DNA of 25,706 bases from Macrostomum lignano (lineage: Eukaryota), in assembly GCA_002269645.1 (NCBI GenBank), contig NIVC01005118.1, forward strand, positions 1 to 25,706, in the 5' to 3' direction. Below the pieces are notes generated by a model. That model saw nothing but the letters and a program-made list of their open reading frames with translations. It ran no database searches and was not told where the DNA came from. Made by a program: the position numbers and the translations under genes. Positions within the stretch are counted from its first letter, which is position 1. Every line of letters begins with the position of its first letter. This document shows positions 18,243 through 25,706 of the stretch, in pieces.

Positions 18243-20140
18243 TTGCTTTTTTAGCTCCGGATTGAAAACTTCTGTAGCGTTTTCAAAGTAGCTTAAATTA
18301 TTTTACGTTGTTCATTTTATCACAATAAGTTTAAAATATTGCTTAGAAATTACATATGCATGTAAAAAACCCTTTTTGATTAATTTACCAATCTATTTTG
18401 TTTCTATTCCTAAATTCTGTTTCAGTTTCTGATAATCAAACTTTAATAATTTCAACTCGATCTATAGTTATCTTTCTTCATGTTCGCATCGCAAAGACGT
18501 GAAGAAGCCAGCTGAATTTCAACTTGTTTTACCTTTAGCACCCAGTTTTAAACTCGATTTGGCAAATACAAAATTACCAATTTGAGTTGATATAGCTAAG
18601 ACTGGTTTCTATATGGCGTCTGACCATAAAAGTTGTTCATTTTTTCATTGCAAATTCCTTTTTTCGCAATCTTAATCATTTTTTCGATCTTTGTTATACA
18701 CAGTTCTAGAGTCCATACATGTAGTCACCTAGTGCCACCTGCACAAGGTTCCGACGGCGCCAGGATGATCACCTATTGCTTGAGTTAAACTGTTGAAGAT
18801 GTCCAGCAGTTTAGCTTAAATCAGAAAATTCCAACAGTCGCAATAACAGGGTGTTCATAAAGTCATCTGGTGCCACCTTTGAAGTCCAAAGACTCTGCCT
18901 AAGTGAAATAGATCGAGACCAGATGAATGCTTCAGATTATCAAGTGGGTGCTGTGACTGAACGCACTGAACCACTCACATAGTACAGAAAAAATCTGGCA
19001 GAATCGCTGAACAACCCGACGGTCTGGGGGGCTTTCGACTTGATGTTTGTCAGATTCTTGCTTAACTTTTGTGCCTGTGTTGCTCCGTTCAAGCGCAGCA
19101 AAATCTAGTCAGGGTCAAGGCGATTAAGCTTCTACTGTTAACGATCATTCTCCGTTTCCAAAATGAAAGCAAACTAAAATCCAATTTTTCGTGACATATA
19201 GAAAGAATAGCTACTAACGCCAGCAGCAACGAGTGCATACATAGCGTATTTAGCTAACAGTCAAATACAGTAAGTACACATCATCCTACACACACTATTT
19301 GCCCACTGAGGAGGATCGATCATCAAGACGACAAGTTTACCAGCTGCTGCAAGTTCTTGGATATGGAACTTATTTGTAGCGCTCAATTGTTCCGTTCCAC
19401 ACGTCTTTTCCTCTACGTCTTTCAGGCATGCTAGAACAATTTAAGCCTTTGTATAGGGGAATCGTCCCGAATCGAACAGCAGCAACGAACTCAATTTCCT
19501 ATTTCCATATCTGACAGAACTGCCAATTTTTTCACGGATATGAGTGTCACCTAATTTGATCCTGAAAAGCTTTCGTTGACGATCGATACTTCTCTGCACG
19601 TGTATCGAAGAATTTTTTTGGAAACTGATATATCGTAGATCAGGCCTCAGTATACAATTATTAGTACATACATGTATAGTACATTGTAAGTCATCCGCAT
19701 ATATTGAACTGATGAGGACGCACTTTTTTCCAAACCCCGCGCTAGCACATGGGCTCTAAACTTACTAGCCTACTACTCGTAACAGTGGGCAATGGGCATT
19801 TTTATCCCTTTTCTGCGAATAGTCATAGAATCTATACTAGATATAATGTCGGGTCATACTAGTAGTCATAATAACATAGGCGCAGCTTTTTGGGTCATAA
19901 ATCATCGCTTTCGAAGCTGGTCTGACAGCCACCTGCGCCTCACTCAGTGTTGAGACGGGCGCCAGATGGTCTGAGAGGATGCGGGCGGTAGCTTTTTTCT
20001 CATCATTTTGACAGGCCATCAAGATTTATGAGGTCAGAGCCTATTGTTCGTGTTCACTCAAGCGTGTGACAGCTTTGACAGCTATGCGTTTTACCCCTAA
20101 AAGTACTTCGGGATTAGCGATTAGCAATTTCTCTCCATTA

Positions 20141-21457
20141 CGAGGGGTGATCAAAAAGTTCTGCAACCTTTTGTTATAGCTTTTAGTTATAGAATCGGGA
20201 AAAGACAAAAACTTACACATATGCAGCTGTATCTGTTTGCTATATTTATATGCATTTTTGGCTTCCAAATGTGCTTTAGTAAAATTTCACAGCCATATAT
20301 TTTCCATGTGTTTTCAGTAGCTGATGGAAACAACAAGACAGTGTTCGCTTCTATATCTTTATGTGCATGCAACTTGGTTGCAAAGTGACTGAGATTCACA
20401 CCGATCTGGTGAATGTTTTAGCTGACTCTGCTCCATCATTTGACATGGTTGCCCGCTGGCTGCGCCATTTCTTGGAAGGCTGGGACAGCTTCAACGATGA
20501 ACCGAGGTCTGGCTGACCCCGGACATCCGTGACCGAAGATGTCGTGGCCCATGCCGATGCAATAATTCGTGAGGATTGAAGCATTATGCTAAGATTCATT
20601 GCCTATGAGCTTGGTGTCAGCTGCGGAAGTGCTCATAACATCATGCATGAGCAACTAGGCCGCACAAAGACCTGCGCTCGGTGGGTACCCCATCTTCTCA
20701 CTCCGGAGCAGCAAGCAGAGAGGGTGCGCATCTGTCGCTTGTGGCTGCAAATTTTTGAGCCCCACGGCCCACGACGACTGTCGGATGTCATCACAGGAGA
20801 CGAATGTTGGATCTCCTTCTTTTACCATGAAGGATAAGCAGTCCAACATGGTCTGGCTGGCAGAAGATGAGCCAAGGCCTGAGGTGCTGAAGACCGGATT
20901 CCGCAGTCGGAAGCGGATGTTCACCATTTTTTTCAACTCTCAGGGTGTTGTATCGGTGAACATCCTTCCAGCGGGTGCCACAGTGACTGCCAGGTACTAC
21001 ACAGACACTGTTCTGCCAGGCGTGCTGCAGGAGCGGCAGGAACGTGCGCGAACCAGGCATGGACCTCGACTCCTGCTGCACCATGACAATGCGGCACCGC
21101 ACAGAGCGGCATCAACCATGGCGTACCTGGAGCAGCAGGGGGTCCGGCTGCTGCCCCATCCACCCTACTCTCTAGACCTAGCACCTTGCGACTTTTGGCT
21201 GTTCCCGAGGATCAAATCCGTCATTTCTGGGAGGCCGTTTTCACGCATGCAAGACCTTGCCCAAGCGGTACATTCAGCTCTACAGGGCATACCAACTTCG
21301 GAGTACCAGGACTGCTTTCAGACATGGTGCACACGGATGCGACGGTGCATAGATAGTGGTGGAAAGTACTTTTAGGGAATGTGACACTGATTAGACGCCT
21401 CGGCTGCTGTAGCACAGAGTTGTGAGGTCACTTGCAGAACTTTTTGATCACCCCTCG
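20141..21457 (+). mobile_element. Full-length (1317 bp) mariner element, defective
   Basis: Perfect 26-bp TIRs CGAGGGGTGATCAAAAAGTTCTGCAA (20141-20166; reverse complement 21432-21457), flanked by TA at 20139-20140 and 21458-21459. Confidence 0.97.
20324..21375 (+). pseudogene. mariner DD34D transposase pseudogene
   Basis: DEPRSG*P, WVPHLL, ITGDE, HHDNAAPH, YSLDLAPCDFWLF. Two in-frame TGA stops (20514, 20577) and frameshifts near 20330 and 20822. Confidence 0.93.
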
Positions 21458-21599
21458 TATCATTATCAATGTATATTTTTTCATTAATTTCTGTCAATCC
21501 TACGCGAAAAGTCATAAATCATTTTGTTGCGATTTTGAGTGATTTATGGCCGCACCTGTCATCTTTTTACGACCCTGTGGGAACTGACAGGATCTCTCG

Positions 21600-21735
21600 G
21601 TCACGTGATTCTGGGTAGCAACAAGCTTAGCCAATCAGAAAATTCGGCGCTCATTTTAACAAAACGGCTCAGCCAATCAGAATCGACGTGTTCCATTATA
21701 ACAAACTGCGGTCCAGTTGGCGGCTATTTAAACTG
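21600..21735 (+). promoter_or_regulatory. Pol II promoter-like cluster (CACGTG, two AGCCAATCAGA CCAAT boxes, TATTTAAA), probably from a retroelement
   Basis: GGTCACGTGA at about 21600, AGCCAATCAGA at 21630 and 21671, TATTTAAA at about 21725. No gene is assigned downstream. Confidence 0.4.
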
Positions 21736-22918
21736 GAGTTTTTGGCCCGCTCGGACTCCAACTTGCTCGGGCCCAGCACGCAACTTCTGGTTCCCGTAGC
21801 GCGACCGTCGTTTCTTGATCCTCGGATTGCGACTTCCCCCCCCCCATCATCATCAAGGACGAAACCCCCGGTCGTCAGCAGCGAACATCAAGCGAAGATC
21901 ATCACCTGCTAGCTATCAGCGAAGATTGTGTCAGCATCATCCTGAGTCTACAGCTGCGAAGCATCAAGCCGATTCGGTCACTGTGGATTTCCTGGTCTCC
22001 GGCTGTTGAGTTTCTGATTGGTTGGGTGAGAGGCTACCTAGACTTGCTTGATTGGGTGATCCCCTATCTGTCCCCTGTTTCAGTAGCTGAATTAGGCGCA
22101 CACTTTTGCTCATTTTGTTCAGTAGTGCTGTTGCTGAGGCAGAAATCACTTAATAATACGGCTAGTAGTCTGAAACTCCAATTCGATCTGAAGTGTGAAG
22201 TGATCTAAGGAGAAGGTTAAATCTAACAGTTGTTTTTATCGGTTTTAGTTCTTTGTTCGCCGATGGCTCAGATGAGTAGCTAAGCTAGTAGGCGCCGGTC
22301 ACAGTGGACCAATGGCAAGGCGGTTCTCAGTCGATCAATCTATCAAATCAGTGAGCAAAACCGCCAGAAGTGCAGAATCGGCGCCAGAGATGTACTTTGT
22401 GCACTCTAGGTTAGCCAAGCGGCTCGGGTAATGAATCATGCGGTCTCTGAAGTTCGAGTTAGTTTATCATCAGCGCTATGAGAGGCTAGTTGGCGCGTTG
22501 AAGGCCAAAAGTACATATCTTCGTATTTAGCAATGTAATAGTACATGTAGCTACCTCATAGTCTCGCCACTGCAAGAATCCCCTGCACAAGTCCCCTCTG
22601 TACCTGCATGGCCAATGCGATCTAGTCCCAGCAGTGTCCCTTATCATCGGCTATGACTTCGAGATTGACAGCAAAAAGACACTAGTTGGCAGGTAAGTGC
22701 AAAGCCCCTTCTAGTCGGAAGCCCGATTTCGAGAGTCCCGGTGTGGTGAGCCAGGACGCACGGGCTGGTGGCAGCGAGTTAGCTTAGTCTGCGGGTTAGC
22801 TAATTTCTACCTTCAAAATTCTCCCTGCTTGTCTGCTAGACTGCTCGCCACACGATCAAGCTACCATGGGGCTGACCATCTGACAGGAGTGGGGGCCAGG
22901 ACTCTAATTGATTTATTT

Positions 22919-22980
22919 CTGAGACCTGAGGCCCGAAGGCTTCCTCACAAGGGGCCTGAAAGGTCGAAACCCATCAGAAC
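22919..22980 (+). ncRNA. Degenerate type I hammerhead-ribozyme-like motif
   Basis: CTGA-[GACCT g AGGCCC loop GGGCCT gaa AGGTC]-GAAAC-CCA-TC. The core lacks NGA of CUGANGA, and stems I and III are imperfect. Confidence 0.3.
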
Positions 22981-23059
22981 ATTATACGAGTTTCATTTGT
23001 TCTTGTTCATTTGTTTGTTCGTGTTCATTTCATTTGTTTGAACAAATGTCGTACATTTG

Positions 23060-23335
23060 TTCTTACCTGCCTGCCGAGATCAACTACCGAGACGCTGCCG
23101 GGGATCGGCAATCATGCTTACCCGTTGCCAGCGGTTCCTGCACCTCAGCGGCCTCGTGCCGGACGTTGCCGACGATCTGGTGGCCTGGGTCGTGTTTCGT
23201 TCTGTGCGCTCCGTGCTACATTCTGAGACCCTGGATGACGGGCTCAAGGCTTGGCTGTTTCAGGCAGTCGCTGACACTGTCTTGTACAACGCCGAGACCT
23301 TGGAGAAGCAGCTGGACGCTGCGCATGCGCATGCA
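23060..23335 (+). mobile_element. Degenerate non-LTR retrotransposon (RTE/L2-like) fragment, region C-terminal to the RT core
   Basis: FLHLSGLVPDVADDL..AW..FRSVRSVLHSETL...LFQAVADTVLYNAET..LEKQLDAAH resembles the YLG...AW..F..L...LF...VESVLLY..ETW motif downstream of LINE RT domains. Confidence 0.65.
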
Positions 23336-23473
23336 TATATTTCTGTCTATGACAGATGGGTTATGTCATGTACGCCCTGCATGTTCCAGCGTCAACGCTT
23401 TGAATTTATTTTTCAGTTATTTGATTTATTTGCTGAGTTTAGAGCCGGTGTAGTGTAAAAGTATACTTGCTAA

Positions 23474-24285
23474 TGTAGAAGGGCTTATGTTTATTCCTAG
23501 AAAATTAGTTTGTTTCCGCGAAATTAAATTCCCGCCAAAATAATAAGTACCGTATGATTTGTTTTAATTCGTAAATTTGTTTTACTGAATAATATTTTGT
23601 TTTTAATGATGCGAATAATTTGTTTTAGCTATTCATTTGTTTTAATGTTAGATACGTAAGCCAATGAATCAAGACTCTAACTAGTATAAATACAAGGCCA
23701 AAATAAAACGAAACCTCAACCTTTCGGGTTCCTAATCAGTTAACAGGAAATTAAGATTTCTTGGTTCTTCTGAATTAGTCCTTTGAAGCAGTATTGCAAA
23801 CTAAGTTACCGTGTTGGATAGCAGAAAGCGTTTTGCCAGTACAGTGACAAGCAGGGATTGCTGATCAAAAAGGGTGGAATACAGTAAAGAGGGTGGAATA
23901 CCCAGTGCAAAGAGGGTGGAATACCCAGTACAAAGGGTGGAATACCCAGTGTAGAAAGGTTGGATTACCCAGGAAGGGAGAATTTTCAGGTTGCTCAGAT
24001 TAGCGTGATGCAGTTCTAAGTCGTGAGAGACAGGAAGCCGGAAACCCTCGGTCTGTGGTAAACGCCGTGTTTGGACTGGATAATTTTAGGAATTTAACAG
24101 TAGTCAGCAGTGTCTTGCCGCTCGGGCACTGGCTACCAAGGGTAACTCGTAGCGACGATAGCCCATAACGTAAAGTACACATAAGCATAGAATAGGATTC
24201 TTAGAAATAGCAAATTTAGCAGTTTTAGTACAGTTCAGTGTTTAAACTTTAGAATTAAATAGAGAGAGCCAGAAGGCCTGCTACA
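23474..24285 (+). mobile_element. Putative 5' LTR of a Gypsy-type retrotransposon
   Basis: Begins TGTAGAAGGGC and ends GGCCTGCTACA (imperfect terminal inverted repeat, TG...CA), immediately followed by a PBS-like TGGTG and then gag. The left boundary is inferred; the partner LTR is outside the window. Confidence 0.5.
23871..23972 (+). repeat. Five tandem AGGGTGGAATAC(CCAGT) units (19-23 bp period) within the putative LTR
   Basis: Cores at 23871, 23890, 23913, 23934 and a degenerate one at 23957. Confidence 0.85.
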
Positions 24286-24341
24286 ACTTGGTGACAAGTC
24301 GGTGGGATATTATAAACTAGCGAAGGGGCCTGCCTACAACT

Positions 24342-24360
24342 TGGTGGCAGCGTAAAGGAT
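24342..24360 (+). other. Primer-binding site, tRNA-Leu-like (TGGTGGCAGCG...GGAT), with a second variant at 24289-24308
   Basis: Follows ...CTACA-ACT; TGGTGGCAGCG is complementary to the CGCUGCCACCA 3' end of animal tRNA-Leu(AAG/TAG) as recalled. Confidence 0.7.
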
Positions 24361-24434
24361 CGAGGAACCGGCGAGAATCTAGATATAGTGTTTTAAGTAG
24401 TTAAAAGTACATTTTAAAAGTACATTCGGATAGG

Positions 24435-25440
24435 ATGGCTGCAGGAATTAATGATGCAATTGCACTTTTAGCTGAGGAGATTAGGAATAGATTAGAGCTA
24501 GGACCATTAAGGCATGTGAAGATACAGAAGTTTACGCCTAGTCAGGATATTAGGATTTGCTCACTGGCTTTCGACCAGAGGTGCGAAGCAGAAGGAATAG
24601 AAGTGAGCATAGGAAGACTGAGCTACTAGCTAACTTAGATCTAGCGACAGCATTTGCTGCAGTGCAAAGGTTAAATTTGCCTGATGAACTAACTTACGAG
24701 GATTTTAAGGAGCGCTTAGTAGAGAGGTTTGGTAGGATAGGTAGTGCATCAGAATTCGGGAGGAATTCCGTGGAAGAATGCAGGTAGGAACGAGACTGCG
24801 GAAGCTTATGCCGACGCATTGATTGAGTTGTCCACAAGGGCTTTTCCGAATATGAACGCTGAACAGCGCGAGGAAGGAAGTAGTTGAACAGTTTATTAAG
24901 GGGGTAAGAATCCCAACAGACACTAGGGAGAAGCTAATTTTGCGCAGCCAGCTAATCTGCAGGAGGCTAGGAGAAATGTTGCGTAGGATTGAAGCAGCCT
25001 GGCATATGTCACACAAAGGAGGTGTGAGAACTGTGAGAAGGAGAGGATGAGCAGCAGAAGTTGCAGGAGCTGGTGAGACAGCAGAAGGATGAGCTGGAAC
25101 AGCAGCGAAGAGAATTGAAGAGCTCATGGCGTATAAGCCGCTGTACAAACCAGGGCCTCAGCCATGCCCAGCTCAGATGCCGCGTCAAGCATCTCAGCAG
25201 CAGTTCGGCGTTTCAGCCACGAATTTCGAATATGTATCGGCCCAGGCCAAGGAGTGAGTTTGTAGGCAAATCATTCGTGCCGCAGCCAGGAAAGTGTGCA
25301 GTCTGCCAGAATCCGGACCGATAAGGCCTGGTTTGGATCACCAGTGCCGCTTGTTCCGCAATCGAGGTAATCAGGGAAACTAAAGTTCGAGGTCGAGAGA
25401 CGAGGCCACGTCCCTCCAGAAAATTTAATTGCAAAGTGAA
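24435..25440 (+). pseudogene. Gypsy-type gag pseudogene with multiple frameshifts and stops
   Basis: Stitched frames give KIQKFTPSQDIR...LLANLD...TYEDFKERLVERFG...ETAEAYADALIELSTRAFP...QFIKG...coiled-coil...CAVC...QGN*, typical of retrotransposon gag. No intact protease motif was seen before the window end. Confidence 0.8.
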
Positions 25441-25534
25441 GGCCTCTAAGTGCGATTCTGAAGGTTGGCAAACTGTCCCCATTCGAAAGAGACATATGCG
25501 TGATGCAACTGTATATAATGCGTTTAATGCACCT

Positions 25535-25603
25535 GCGTCTGCACCATCTGTATTTTCTGCGTCTGCACCATCTGCGTCTGCACCATCTGCGTCTGCACCA
25601 TCT
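25535..25603 (+). repeat. 15-bp tandem repeat GCGTCTGCACCATCT, 4 copies
   Basis: Copies at 25535, 25559, 25574 and 25589. Confidence 0.85.
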
Positions 25604-25706
25604 GCATCCGCCGCATCGCGATATGTCGTCCTGCATCTGCTGTTGACGAGTCAGCATCAGCCGATGAGCCCCGAGAAGAAGAAGAATCTGCACCCGAAGC
25701 AAGCCA

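Noticed and set aside
18846-18870. CAGGGTGTTCATAAAGTC resembling a Tc1/maT-type TIR
   Set aside because: There is no flanking TA, no convincing partner TIR and no transposase remnant.
19543-19554. 12-nt match to the SP6 promoter (TTAGGTGACACT, minus strand)
   Set aside because: The match is partial, lacks the ATAG start and has no vector context, so it is treated as chance.
23871-23972. Repeats with short variable spacers resembling a mini CRISPR array
   Set aside because: The spacers are only about 7-11 bp and related to each other, the context is a eukaryotic LTR, and there are no cas genes.
25271-25702. 143-aa minus-strand ORF with WCRRR repeats
   Set aside because: It is antisense to decayed Gypsy sequence and driven by the 15-bp repeat.

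Overview
This is eukaryotic (animal, invertebrate-like) genomic DNA, not prokaryotic. The mix of microsatellites, mariner, Crypton, LINE and Gypsy relics resembles a free-living flatworm such as Macrostomum, but that is only inference. I reconstructed three host genes by hand from splice signals and reading-frame phase. (1) The 3' four exons of a + strand DUF4537/C11orf16-VWA3B-like coiled-coil gene (382-3498). (2) A complete 14-exon, 748-aa minus-strand class C GPCR with GABA-B receptor architecture (15221 to 5355) and strongly divergent ligand and TM7 motifs. (3) An intronless non-alpha nicotinic-type Cys-loop channel subunit (about 16771-18242), head-to-head with the GPCR across a (GATA)n tract. 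Mobile DNA comprises a Crypton-type tyrosine-recombinase remnant with a long hairpin next to an internally deleted mariner (both in GPCR intron 3), a full-length defective mariner with perfect 26-bp TIRs, a degenerate hammerhead-like motif, a LINE RT fragment, and the 5' end of a decayed Gypsy-type LTR element with two tandem primer-binding sites. Several tandem arrays account for most of the spurious ORFs in the track. I found no CRISPR, rRNA or tRNA genes. All protein-family calls come from remembered motifs, not database searches.
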